Shown: positions 26,104 to 34,963, counted from the stretch's first letter. The stretch: DNA of 43,989 bases from Gemmatimonadaceae bacterium (GCA_035764975.1 DASTYL010000137.1:1-43989), one strand, 5' to 3'. Program-made: numbers and translations. The notes: generated by a model from the sequence alone, not told the origin.

Positions 26104-27084
26104 ATGGCCCGATACCCGCTCTACAGACCCCGCCGCCTCCGTCGCACGGAAGCGCTCCGCCGCCTCGTCCGCGAGACGCACCTGCGGCCGTCGCAGCTCA
26201 TCCTCCCGCTCTTCGTGCGGTCCGGTACGGGGATCCGCAGGCCGATCGGCTCCATGCCGGGCGTCTGCCAGACGTCGATCGACGAGATGCTCGTCGATGC
26301 GCGCGCCGCGCACGAGGCCGGCGTCGGCGGCGTGCTGCTCTTCGGCATCCCCGACCACAAGGATGCCACCGGCTCGTCGGCATGGGATGACCAGGGCCCG
26401 GTGCAGGCCGCGGTACGCGCCCTGAAGCGCGAGCTGCCGGAGCTCGTCGTGATCACGGACGTGTGCATGTGCGAGTACACGGATCACGGCCACTGCGGGA
26501 TCCTGACGCCGGAAGGCGACGTCGACAACGACGCGACGCTCGACCTGCTCGTCCGCGAGTCGCTCTCGCATGCACGGGCGGGCGCGGACATGATCGCGCC
26601 GAGCGACATGATGGACGGGCGCGTGGGCGCGATCCGCGAGGCGCTGGACGAGGCAGGCTTCCCGGCCACGCCGATCATGAGCTACGCCGCCAAGTTCGCG
26701 AGCGGGCTCTATGGCCCCTTCCGCGAGGCGGCGGAGTCCACCCCGCAGCACGGGGACCGGCGCAGCTACCAGATGGACGCCGCCAATGCCGACGAGGCCA
26801 TGCGCGAGGTCGAGCTGGACATCGCCGAGGGCGCCGACATCGTGATGGTGAAGCCCGCGGGCGCCTACCTCGACATCATCGCGCGCGTGAAGGCGGAGAC
26901 GGGCTACCCGGTGGCGGCGTACCAGGTGAGCGGCGAGTTCGCCATGGTGCGCGCGGCGGCCGAGCGCGGGTGGATCGACGGCGAGCGCGTGATGCTCGAG
27001 TCGCTGCTCGCCATCCGCCGCGCCGGCGCCGACATCATCATCACCTACTTTGCAACCGACGCAGCGAGGATGCTGCACGCATGA
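26104..27084 (+). CDS. hemB: porphobilinogen synthase (Zn-type)
   Basis: N-terminal RPRRLRR, Cys-rich zinc motif [14 protein letters not shown] and Schiff-base Lys segment IVMVKPA. Confidence 0.95.
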   Translation: MARYPLYRPRRLRRTEALRRLVRETHLRPSQLILPLFVRSGTGIRRPIGSMPGVCQTSIDEMLVDARAAHEAGVGGVLLFGIPDHKDATGSSAWDDQGPVQAAVRALKRELPELVVITDVCMCEYTDHGHCGILTPEGDVDNDATLDLLVRESLSHARAGADMIAPSDMMDGRVGAIREALDEAGFPATPIMSYAAKFASGLYGPFREAAESTPQHGDRRSYQMDAANADEAMREVELDIAEGADIVMVKPAGAYLDIIARVKAETGYPVAAYQVSGEFAMVRAAAERGWIDGERVMLESLLAIRRAGADIIITYFATDAARMLHA

Positions 27085-27623
27085 TCAATTACTGGCGCGA
27101 CCTCCCGTCCGGCCCCAACCCGCCCGAGAAGATGACGGCGGTGGTCGAGATTCCGCAGGGCAGCCGCAACAAGTACGAGCTGGACAAGGTCACGGGCCTG
27201 ATGAAGCTGGACCGGGTGCTGTATTCCGCGGTGCACTATCCCGGGGACTACGGCTTCGTGCCGCGCACGCTGCACGAGGACAACGATCCGCTCGACGTGC
27301 TGCTGCTGGTGAAGGAGCAGACCTTCTCCGGCTGCATGGTCGACTTCCGGCCCATCGGCGTGCTGAAGCTGCTCGACCGCGGGGAGCCCGACGACAAGAT
27401 CCTCGGCGTCCCGCTGCACGACCCGTATTACAACGAGATCTTCGACATCGCCGACATCCCGGGCCACCAGCTCCGCGAGATCGAGCACTTCTTCCTCACG
27501 TACAAGGATCTCGAGGGGAAGCGCATGGAGAACCGCGGCTGGGGCAAGAGCGCCGAGGCGATGCGGATCATCAACGAGTCGATCGTGCGGTACGACGCGG
27601 CGTACCGGTCGGTGGGGCCGTAG
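27081..27623 (+). CDS. ppa: inorganic pyrophosphatase (family I)
   Basis: ATGA overlap with hem[23 protein letters not shown] and [10 protein letters not shown]. Confidence 0.95.
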   Translation: MINYWRDLPSGPNPPEKMTAVVEIPQGSRNKYELDKVTGLMKLDRVLYSAVHYPGDYGFVPRTLHEDNDPLDVLLLVKEQTFSGCMVDFRPIGVLKLLDRGEPDDKILGVPLHDPYYNEIFDIADIPGHQLREIEHFFLTYKDLEGKRMENRGWGKSAEAMRIINESIVRYDAAYRSVGP

Positions 27624-27641
27624 GGCGCGCGGCGCCCTACG
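27619..27641. terminator. palindrome containing both convergent stop codons
   Basis: CGTAGGGCGC (27619-27628), loop GCG, GCGCCCTACG (27632-27641): a 10-bp stem. TAG of ppa is at 27621-27623 and the minus-strand TAG is at 27637-27639. No T tract. Confidence 0.45.
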
Positions 27642-28227
27642 CCTTCCGGATCACCACTTCCGCCATCACCGCCCACCCCTCGATCCGCAGCACCGGCGCC
27701 ATCGGATCGTAGGCCGTGTCGTTCGCGGTGTGGTCGCGGACGGCGCTCATGATGGCCAGCGTCCGGTTCAGCACGCGGACGCCCGCCGGCACGATGATCG
27801 TCACCTTCGTCATCAGGCCGCTGAGCGAGATCTCCGTGAGTCCCGGAGCGAGCGAGGCCTGGCGGAGGTCGAGCTCCGTCTCGGCCATCACCGAGACCAC
27901 GTCGAGCTGCTTGGGCACGACCCAGAGTCCGCGCCGGCGCGTCTCCGACATGATCGCGAGCAGCCGCTCGGATTCCTCGGCATGGCCGAGCTGCACGCTC
28001 GCCTCCTCGCGCCACGCCGGGACTTCCATGGAGACGCGGGCGAGCGCCGCCGGCCCATGCGGGAGGTCGCGGACGAGCGCCTCGAGCTCGAGGATCGACG
28101 TCGCCTTGTACGCGGCGTCGAGCCGGCGGTCGAGCTCCTCGACGACGATGCCGTCGTGGGCGAAGTAGGAGGAGAGGAGGTCGACGACGCGCGTGCGGGC
28201 GGCGTCGAGCGGCTGCGTCGTGGTCAC
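27637..28227 (-). CDS. DUF1707 plus LiaF-C-like (cell-envelope stress) domain protein
   Basis: The N-terminal RTRVVDLLSSYFAHDGIVVEELDRRLDAAYKATSILELEALVRDLP matches the DUF1707 pattern. The C-terminal RRRGLWVVPKQLDVVSVMAETELDLRQASL...VTIIVPAGVRV matches the LiaF C-terminal pattern. 4-nt overlap with the aquaporin gene. Confidence 0.6.
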   Translation of the reverse strand: MTTTQPLDAARTRVVDLLSSYFAHDGIVVEELDRRLDAAYKATSILELEALVRDLPHGPAALARVSMEVPAWREEASVQLGHAEESERLLAIMSETRRRGLWVVPKQLDVVSVMAETELDLRQASLAPGLTEISLSGLMTKVTIIVPAGVRVLNRTLAIMSAVRDHTANDTAYDPMAPVLRIEGWAVMAEVVIRKA

Positions 28228-28940
28228 GTATCCCGGGTCGGCTGCACCGCGCCGTGGAGCGCCGAGTCCACGCCGCGGCGGATGAAGAGCTGGTCGTAGA
28301 GCAGCGCGGCAACGATGGCGCCGATCGTGGGGCCCGTCCAGTAGACGACCTGGCCGGCGAGCTGGCCGCTCGCCATCGCGGGGCCGAACGACCGCGCCGG
28401 GTTGAGCGATCCGCCGGTGAGCCCGCCCAGCGCCAGGGTGGCGCCGGCGGCCACGAGGCCGATCGCGAGCCCGCCCTGCCGCGGCGACTTCGGATCGACG
28501 GCGCTGCCGAAGATCGTGAACACCAGCGCGAACGTGCCGATGGCTTCCATCGCGATCGCCTGCTCCGCGGAGACCTCGCTGGCGATCGTCTGGCCGCCGA
28601 GCTGCGCGGCGATCGCCGGCGCATCCGGCAGCGCGCCCAGGAGCGCATAGCCGGCGAGGGTCGCGGCCATGAGCTGCGCGATGATGAACACGCCGCCCAT
28701 CACCGGCTCGATGCGGCGCGCGGCCATGAACCCGAGCGTCACCGCCGGATTGAAGTGGCCGGCGAAGCGGATCATCGCCGTCACGAGCGCGCCGAGCACG
28801 AAGCCGTGCACGAGCGCCGCCTCGAGGATCGCCGTCGGGGACTGCCGCATCGCCGCGCCGGTGGCGGCGGCGCCGGTGAGGAACACGAGGGCGAAGGTTC
28901 CCACGAACTCCGCGATGAAATGCCGGATCGAATCGCGCAT
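28224..28940 (-). CDS. MIP-family channel (aquaporin-like)
   Basis: In frame with ORF 28224..29420, starting at the ATG at 28940 with AGAGGA upstream. Two NPA boxes (GHFNPAVT, GSLNPARS). Six TM helices. Confidence 0.9.
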   Translation of the reverse strand: MRDSIRHFIAEFVGTFALVFLTGAAATGAAMRQSPTAILEAALVHGFVLGALVTAMIRFAGHFNPAVTLGFMAARRIEPVMGGVFIIAQLMAATLAGYALLGALPDAPAIAAQLGGQTIASEVSAEQAIAMEAIGTFALVFTIFGSAVDPKSPRQGGLAIGLVAAGATLALGGLTGGSLNPARSFGPAMASGQLAGQVVYWTGPTIGAIVAALLYDQLFIRRGVDSALHGAVQPTRDT

Positions 28941-28963
28941 GAATCCTCTGAAGGAGAGTCCCG

Positions 28964-30205
28964 CTAGCCGGCCCGGCGCATGACGATGGAGGCGTTGATC
29001 CCGCCGAAGCCGAAGGAATTCGACATCACGTGCTCCACGCGCACCGCACGCCCCGCGCGCGGAACGTAATCCAGGTCGCACTCCGCGTCGGGGTGCTGGA
29101 GGTTGAGCGTGGGAGGCAGCCAGCCGTGGTGCAGCGCCAGGGCGCAGGTCGCGAGCTCGATGGCACCCGACGCGCCGAGGGCATGTCCATAGTAGCCCTT
29201 GGTGCTGCTCACCGGAATGCGCGCGGCGCCCTCCCCGAACACCTGCTTGATCGCCCGGGTCTCCGTGGGATCGTTGAGGGGGGTCGAGCTGCCGTGGGCG
29301 TTCACGTAGCCGATCTCGCCCGGCTGCACGTTCGCGTCGGCCAGCGCCCGCTGCATCGCGCGCGCGGCCTGCGCGCCGTCGGGGCGCGGTGCCGTCATGT
29401 GATGCGCGTCGTTCGTGCACCCGTAGCCGAGCACCTCGGCGTAGATCCGGGCGCCGCGGGCGCGCGCGCGCTCGTATTCCTCCAGCACCAGCACCGACGC
29501 CCCCTCGCCCATGACGAATCCGTCGCGGTCGCGATCGAAGGGGCGCGAGGCGCCGGCCGGGTCATCGTTCCGCGTGCTCATCGCGCGGATGATCGCGAAG
29601 GCCCCGAAGCAGAGGGGCGCGAGCGGCGCCTCGGCGCCGCCGCAGAGCATGATGTCCGCGTATCCGTCGCGCACCAGGCGGAATCCGTCGCCCACCGCCA
29701 TCGTGCCCGAGGCGCAGCTCATGGAGTTCGTGCTGTTGGGGCCCGTGACCCCGAACTCGATGGCGATGTTGCAGCTCGCCGCGCCGCCGAAGACGGTGAG
29801 CGCGAGCGAGGGATCCACCGCGCGGATCCCCTCGCGAAGGAACACGCCGAGCTGCTGCTCGGCGAAGCGGCTGCCGCCAAGCGCGGACCCCATCATCGCG
29901 CCGATGCGCTCGCGGTCCTCGCGCGCGACGTCGATCTCCGCATCGTCGAGGGCCTGCCGGGTGCACGCCACCGCGAACTGGCTGAACCGGTCCAGGCGCT
30001 TCGCCCGCTTCGCTTCCATGAAGTCATCGGCGCGGAAGTCGTCGACCTCCGCGGCATTGTGGCTCCGGAACGCGGACGGATCGAAGCGCGTGATGGTGCG
30101 CACGCCGGACCGCTCCGCGCGCAGGCCCTCGTAGAACTGTGCGGCGCCGGTGCCGACCGGGGTGACCGCGCCGATGCCTGTGATCACTACCCTGCGTCGC
30201 TGCAT
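28964..30205 (-). CDS. beta-ketoacyl synthase, FabF/FabB (elongating KS) type
   Basis: RRVVITGIGAVTPVG near the N-terminus. Active-site Cys in MSCASG, His in DAHHMTAP and NAHGSSTP, and STKGYYGHALGASG. Start taken at the second ATG (30205). Confidence 0.9.
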   Translation of the reverse strand: MQRRRVVITGIGAVTPVGTGAAQFYEGLRAERSGVRTITRFDPSAFRSHNAAEVDDFRADDFMEAKRAKRLDRFSQFAVACTRQALDDAEIDVAREDRERIGAMMGSALGGSRFAEQQLGVFLREGIRAVDPSLALTVFGGAASCNIAIEFGVTGPNSTNSMSCASGTMAVGDGFRLVRDGYADIMLCGGAEAPLAPLCFGAFAIIRAMSTRNDDPAGASRPFDRDRDGFVMGEGASVLVLEEYERARARGARIYAEVLGYGCTNDAHHMTAPRPDGAQAARAMQRALADANVQPGEIGYVNAHGSSTPLNDPTETRAIKQVFGEGAARIPVSSTKGYYGHALGASGAIELATCALALHHGWLPPTLNLQHPDAECDLDYVPRAGRAVRVEHVMSNSFGFGGINASIVMRRAG

Positions 30206-30215
30206 CGCTGCTGCC

Positions 30216-30776
30216 TCATGAGGGCGTTCGCGCATCACGTTCCGCCACGCGGGCGAGCCCCGCGAGCGTTCGGGACGCGATGCCGTGCACGAACACCGGT
30301 CCGATGACCCGTGTCGCCGCGAACCGGCCGATCAGCGGCCAGCCCGGGCCGTCCCACACGTGGATGATGCTCACGTGCGTTCCCTCCCCAACCTCGCGGA
30401 ACGTCCACTCCACGTCCATACGGGAAGTGACACCCCGGATGTGCCGGAACCGGATCCACGGACCATCCGGATGACCGCCGCCCGGCGCGGCGACGGCCAT
30501 CTCCGACGTCCAGAAGGTGGGCCAGCCTATCGGACCGAATGGACGGTTGGCGCTCATGGCGACGATGCCGCCGCCGTCGCGCGCCCGCTCATCCATGCGA
30601 ACCCATCGATAATGCGAAAGGTGACGCGGCCACCGCTCGACATCGGCCGCGAGCGCGAAGATGCGCGCGAGCGGCGCGCGGACCACGCGCTCGTCCACCG
30701 TACGGAGCAGCCGGCCCGACGGCAGGGGCCCGAGGGTGAATGGATCGCGCACGGTGCCCTCGGAAGGGTCGGTCAT
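30216..30776 (-). CDS. SRPBCC (START/polyketide cyclase-dehydrase-like) family protein
   Basis: C-terminal 186 aa of ORF 30216..31418, starting at the ATG at 30776 with a 4-nt overlap with the methyltransferase gene. ERWPRHLSHY and beta-rich segments are typical of SRPBCC. The call rests on general resemblance. Confidence 0.65.
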   Translation of the reverse strand: MTDPSEGTVRDPFTLGPLPSGRLLRTVDERVVRAPLARIFALAADVERWPRHLSHYRWVRMDERARDGGGIVAMSANRPFGPIGWPTFWTSEMAVAAPGGGHPDGPWIRFRHIRGVTSRMDVEWTFREVGEGTHVSIIHVWDGPGWPLIGRFAATRVIGPVFVHGIASRTLAGLARVAERDARTPS

Positions 30777-31492
30777 GCTGGACTCCAGGTCGCCGTGATG
30801 CGCCAGCCCAGCCGGTGGCGGACGACCGGCGGCCGGCCGCACGCCGTGAGAACGAGCTCGTTCAACTCCCGCGCGGTGAATCCCTTGAGCACCGAGAGCA
30901 TCCCGTCGGCCCGGCTCACCGGGTGGAAGCCCATGGGAAAGCTCACGACCCAGAGGCCGCCCGCGGCGAGCCAGCTCCGCCGCAGGTCGCTGACGACGAC
31001 GCGGACGCGCGCGACACGATCGAGCTCCGCGAGCAGGCGAACCGCGGCGTCGGGTGGAAAGTGATGCAGCACCTGCGAGCAGATGACGACGTCGACGCTC
31101 GCGGATTCGAAGGGCAGCGACAGAGCATCCGCGCAGACGGCGTCGTCGATCCGCGTGCGGCTCGCGCGGGCGAGCGACGTGGCGGCGTCGACTCCCATCG
31201 TGCGCAGGCGGACGCCGTGCCGCGCCGCCAGGCGGCCAGCCGCGGCGGGCACGTCGCCCAGGCCGGTGCCCACGTCGAGCAGCGTGACCTCGCGGCCGGA
31301 TCGGGCAAGCTCGGGGATGAGCCCGCGGAGCTCGGCCAGCACCGCGCGGGTCCCGCCGAGCAGCCGGTTGGCGCGGGCGACGTCCGTGAGGGAGCGCTCG
31401 CGCAGCGCCGGGTCGCATGCCGCGTCGTCGAGCACCTCCGCGCGGGTGCTGCGCATCGCGGGAGTGAGCGGGGAGCGGATCCCGGGCGCCAT
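30773..31492 (-). CDS. class I SAM-dependent methyltransferase
   Basis: Motif I LLDVGTGLGDVP, post-I acidic residue, and VVICSQVLHHFP (motif II/III region). Confidence 0.8.
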   Translation of the reverse strand: MAPGIRSPLTPAMRSTRAEVLDDAACDPALRERSLTDVARANRLLGGTRAVLAELRGLIPELARSGREVTLLDVGTGLGDVPAAAGRLAARHGVRLRTMGVDAATSLARASRTRIDDAVCADALSLPFESASVDVVICSQVLHHFPPDAAVRLLAELDRVARVRVVVSDLRRSWLAAGGLWVVSFPMGFHPVSRADGMLSVLKGFTARELNELVLTACGRPPVVRHRLGWRITATWSPA

Positions 31493-31498
31493 GGTGCG

Positions 31499-31972
31499 TT
31501 ACCGCTCGAGCTGCGCGTAGCCGCCGCGATAATACAGGAGCGGAACCCCGTGCCGCACCGTGCCGCCTTCGACCTGGCCGACGATGATCGTGTGATCACC
31601 CGCGGGATGGCGCGCGGTCACCGTACATTCGAGCTGCGCCAGCGCATCGTCGAGCAGGATGACGCCGGTCTCACCCCGGCGGTAGCCGACGCCGTCGAAG
31701 CGGTCGGGCAGGGAATCGCTGAAGCGCCGCGACAGCGCTTCCTGGCTGGCAGCGAGGATGCTGACGCCGAAGTGCGCCGACCCGGCGATGGACGCATGCA
31801 TCTCGGCATCGTGGGCGATGCAGGCCAGGACGAGCGGTGGAGTGAGGCTCACCGACGCGAAGGCGCTCACCGTCATGCCGTGGTCGCGTCCTTCGCCGTC
31901 GCGCGTCGTGACGACGGTGACGCCGGTGGCGAAGCGGCCGAGGATGGCGCGGAACGTATCAGGGTCGATCAT
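31499..31972 (-). CDS. flavin reductase (FMN-binding split-barrel)
   Basis: C-terminal 157 aa of ORF 31499..32530. FRAILGRFATGVTVVTT, GMTVSAFASVSLTPPLVL and GDHTIIVGQV are typical of HpaC/ActVB-type reductases. Confidence 0.85.
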   Translation of the reverse strand: MIDPDTFRAILGRFATGVTVVTTRDGEGRDHGMTVSAFASVSLTPPLVLACIAHDAEMHASIAGSAHFGVSILAASQEALSRRFSDSLPDRFDGVGYRRGETGVILLDDALAQLECTVTARHPAGDHTIIVGQVEGGTVRHGVPLLYYRGGYAQLER

Positions 31973-33264
31973 TGCGTAGGATGGCTGACATCCGGTGGCT
32001 GGCGCAACGCCTCCGCGGGAGCGTCCAGCCAGCGCGCGGGCATCACCGCTGCGCCGAGGAGCGCCGCGATGAAGCGTGGGTGCAGCACTTCCGCGGGCGG
32101 CACGAAGTCGCCGGCGACGCCCACCAGGAGATCGGCGAGGTCGGTGCGGCGCGAGAGCGCGCGCGCCGCGCGATTCATCAGCCACGGGACCGCGACGGCG
32201 GCACCGACGAGACGCTCGACGCGCCACTTGCCCCGGAACGCCGCGGTGCGCGCGCGGTCGTATGTCGCGAGCGCCGTGTCGAGCGCACGCGCGCTGGCGA
32301 AGGCGTCGGCCGTGCCGACCGCGCCGGCCAGGAGCTCGGCGCCGCGAAGCGCGGCGAAGATCCCCTCGCCGGTGAAGGGATCGAAGAAATCCGCGGCATC
32401 GCCGACGAGCGCGGCACCCGGTGCCCACGCACGACGGGCGCGCACCGCGAACGGCCCCGTCGCCATGGGGGGCGCGAGGCGCCGTGCATGGGCGAGCCGA
32501 TCCGCGAGCTGGGGATGCACGCCGATCCACGCATCCATGAACGCCTCCGGGTCGCCTCCCATCGCGCGCGCCGCGTGCGTCGGCACCACGAGAGCGACGT
32601 TGGTCCGGCCGCGACCGACGTCGGCGATACCGAGGTAGCCGTCACGATGCACGTGCATCTCGCCGTACGCGCCGACGCCGCGCACCCCCTCGTAGTGAGC
32701 AACCAGCGCGAGCCGCCGCGGCCACCTCGCACTGCGCACCAGCCCCAGGCGCCGCGCGACGACGGATCGAAGCCCGTCCGCCCCCACGACGAGGCGCGCG
32801 CGCCGGATGTCGCCGTGCATGCCGCCCGTGCGCACCCCGAGCGCGCGGCCCTGCGCGTCGCGCAGCACGTCGCTCACGCGCGCGCCCTCGATCACGCGTG
32901 CCCCCGCAGCGCGGGCGCGGTCGAGCAGGAGCGTGTCCAGCTCGGTGCGGGGGATCGCGACACCGCGTTCGCGAAATCCCCGGAACCCATGTGCGGCGGC
33001 GAATTCACCGCGGAACACCGTTCCGTCGGGCGCATGCACGGTCATCCCGCGCAGCTGCGCCGCGCCGCCCGCCTCGATGTCCTCGAGCACCCCCATCTTC
33101 GCCAGGATGCGCGACGCTTCCGGACTCAGGTACTCGGCGCAGGGCTTCGGGCGGGGAAAGTGCGCGCGGTCGAGCACGACGACGTCGAGGCCGCTCGCGG
33201 CGAGTGACCACGCGAGACAGGCACCCGCGGGGCCGCCTCCTACGATCGCGACGTCATGGTGCAT
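31969..33264 (-). CDS. FAD-dependent oxidoreductase, geranylgeranyl-reductase (GGR) family
   Basis: DVAIVGGGPAGA dinucleotide fold, FPRPKPCAEYLSP, GADGLRS and VGDAADFFDPFTGEGI. Confidence 0.8.
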   Translation of the reverse strand: MHHDVAIVGGGPAGACLAWSLAASGLDVVVLDRAHFPRPKPCAEYLSPEASRILAKMGVLEDIEAGGAAQLRGMTVHAPDGTVFRGEFAAAHGFRGFRERGVAIPRTELDTLLLDRARAAGARVIEGARVSDVLRDAQGRALGVRTGGMHGDIRRARLVVGADGLRSVVARRLGLVRSARWPRRLALVAHYEGVRGVGAYGEMHVHRDGYLGIADVGRGRTNVALVVPTHAARAMGGDPEAFMDAWIGVHPQLADRLAHARRLAPPMATGPFAVRARRAWAPGAALVGDAADFFDPFTGEGIFAALRGAELLAGAVGTADAFASARALDTALATYDRARTAAFRGKWRVERLVGAAVAVPWLMNRAARALSRRTDLADLLVGVAGDFVPPAEVLHPRFIAALLGAAVMPARWLDAPAEALRQPPDVSHPTQ

Positions 33265-33273
33265 GCCCCCATG

Positions 33274-34077
33274 TTACCGCGCGAAGAGCACCGCCAGAAG
33301 GCCGCCGGCGAGCGCGCATGCGAGGTTCACCGCGTCATTGTCCAGCCAGGTGAGGCCACCGCTGATCTCCGTCGGCGCACCGCACCGGTGGATCACGCGC
33401 TCGGTGGCGAGGTCGCACCGCGGGCATCGCCGGCGAACCTGGAGCAGCGCCCCGATGAGGGAATCGACGAACGCTCCGGCGACCCCGCCTGCCGCCGCGG
33501 CGACCGCGATCCGCCCCTCCCAGCCGAACGCCCACGCGAGCCCGCCGATGAAGGCCGCGCCGGCGATGGTCGCGAGCCACCCATGGAGCGTCACCCCGCC
33601 GGAGGTGCCAGTGGGGACGGCGCGAAGGGTGAGAATCGAGCGGGGGGGTCGCCCGGCGAGCGTGCCGATCTCGGTGCCCCAGCTGTCGGCGGCGGCCGCG
33701 GCGAGCGATCCCGCCGCGAGCGCCGACCAGGTCCAGGACGGGCCGGCGAACGCGGATGCAATCGCGGCGAAGGCGAAGACGCCGCCGTTCGCGCCCACCT
33801 GCCACCAGTCGCGCGCGCCGCCCTTGGCCACGACGTCCCCGGTGCGCTCGGCCTTCCTCGCCGCGCCGACCCTGCTGAGCGCCGACGTCGCGACGAAATA
33901 GGCGATGAGGAGCGCCGCCCAGCGCCAGCCGGCAGCCGTGGCGGCGGCACCCGCGACGGTGGCGGCCACCGCTCCGCTCCGGTCGAGCGCGCCGGCGCGC
34001 CGGGCGCCGAGCGAGACCACGCCCGCGAGGAGGGCGCCGAGCAGCAGCCGCTCCGCGGGTGAGGCGTTCGCCAACAT
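33274..34077 (-). CDS. DUF92 (TMEM19 / VTE6-like) integral membrane protein
   Basis: From ORF 33274..34119, preferring the ATG at 34077 (the GTG at 34119 is possible). Gly/Ala-rich polytopic protein with DSWGTEIG and FVDSLIGALLQ ... LDNDAVNL blocks, as I recall for DUF92. It carries a C-x2-C-x9-H-x-C segment (RCPRCDLATERVIHRCG). Confidence 0.65.
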   Translation of the reverse strand: MLANASPAERLLLGALLAGVVSLGARRAGALDRSGAVAATVAGAAATAAGWRWAALLIAYFVATSALSRVGAARKAERTGDVVAKGGARDWWQVGANGGVFAFAAIASAFAGPSWTWSALAAGSLAAAAADSWGTEIGTLAGRPPRSILTLRAVPTGTSGGVTLHGWLATIAGAAFIGGLAWAFGWEGRIAVAAAAGGVAGAFVDSLIGALLQVRRRCPRCDLATERVIHRCGAPTEISGGLTWLDNDAVNLACALAGGLLAVLFAR

Positions 34078-34224
34078 GTTGGTGGTGTTGCAGATGAGGG
34101 AGGGGTAGCGCAATGTCACAGGGCGGCAGACCCGCCCGCAACCCGCCGCACACAGCCGTTAGCTTGTTCGGGCGGCCGATTTTCGCTTAGCTTGGCTGGT
34201 CCTCATTCACCCCCATACGCCGAA

Positions 34225-34863
34225 ATGCTCGCCACTGTCGATCCGCTGGTCCCGCTCAGCCTGCTCGAAGCCGTCCGAGACGTCGACCGCCCGAGCGACC
34301 TCGCCGAGACGGAGTTCGTCGACGAGCTGCGGAACAAGCGCTTCGGCCTGAGCGATACCGTTTACGTCCAGATCAAGCGCTACACCGAAGCCGTGCGACG
34401 CGGACAGCGGACCGCGCAGGACGAGGCAGTCGCACTGGCGCGGCTCATCGGGCGGCGGGGCGATGCGGAAGCCGTCTTCCGCGCAGCAGGGCGGCACGTT
34501 GCACGCGAGGCATACCGGACGATCTCGCCGGTGCGCCGCAGCCTGATGCGCGTCATGCCGACCCTGATGGCCCGTCCCCTCGCCCTGGGCAGCGTGCGGC
34601 GGCTGGGACGACGCTACTTCAGCGGGAACGTGCGCCGGGTTGGAAGCTCGCTCCTGCTCGACGTGCCGCGATCGGTGACGGTGGACGCCGCGCCGGGGAG
34701 CGGCGGCTGCGTCTACTACGAGGCGGCGGTCGGCGAGCTGCTGCGACTGCTGATCGGCAGCATCGGCGCGGTCGAGCACGTGCATTGCCACGGCCGTGGC
34801 GAGGGGACGTGCGAGTGGCGCGCGGACTGGCACGCCGTCGACCGGGCGTCCCTCAGTCGGTGA
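34225..34863 (+). CDS. V4R (4-vinyl reductase-type) domain protein
   Basis: From ORF 34192..34863, preferring the ATG at 34225. The C-terminus GGCVYYEAAVGELLRLLIGSIGAVEHVHCHGRGEGTCEW fits the V4R pattern C...G.L.G....V.E..C...G...C.F/W. Confidence 0.55.
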   Translation: MLATVDPLVPLSLLEAVRDVDRPSDLAETEFVDELRNKRFGLSDTVYVQIKRYTEAVRRGQRTAQDEAVALARLIGRRGDAEAVFRAAGRHVAREAYRTISPVRRSLMRVMPTLMARPLALGSVRRLGRRYFSGNVRRVGSSLLLDVPRSVTVDAAPGSGGCVYYEAAVGELLRLLIGSIGAVEHVHCHGRGEGTCEWRADWHAVDRASLSR

Positions 34864-34963
34864 CGTCTGGCTGGCGATGCCGGCGCAGCAGGACGCGGCC
34901 GGCCTACATGATGGATCCCGCGGCGGGTGACGTTGCGCGCCCGACGCCCAACGCTCGACGCAC

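Noticed and set aside
28964-30205. Annotating the KS simply as housekeeping fabF.
   Set aside because: The catalytic triad is FabF-like, but there is no acpP/fabG/fabD/fabH context within 44 kb. The gene is embedded between an SRPBCC gene and an aquaporin gene in a tailoring-enzyme operon. The symbol is therefore withheld.
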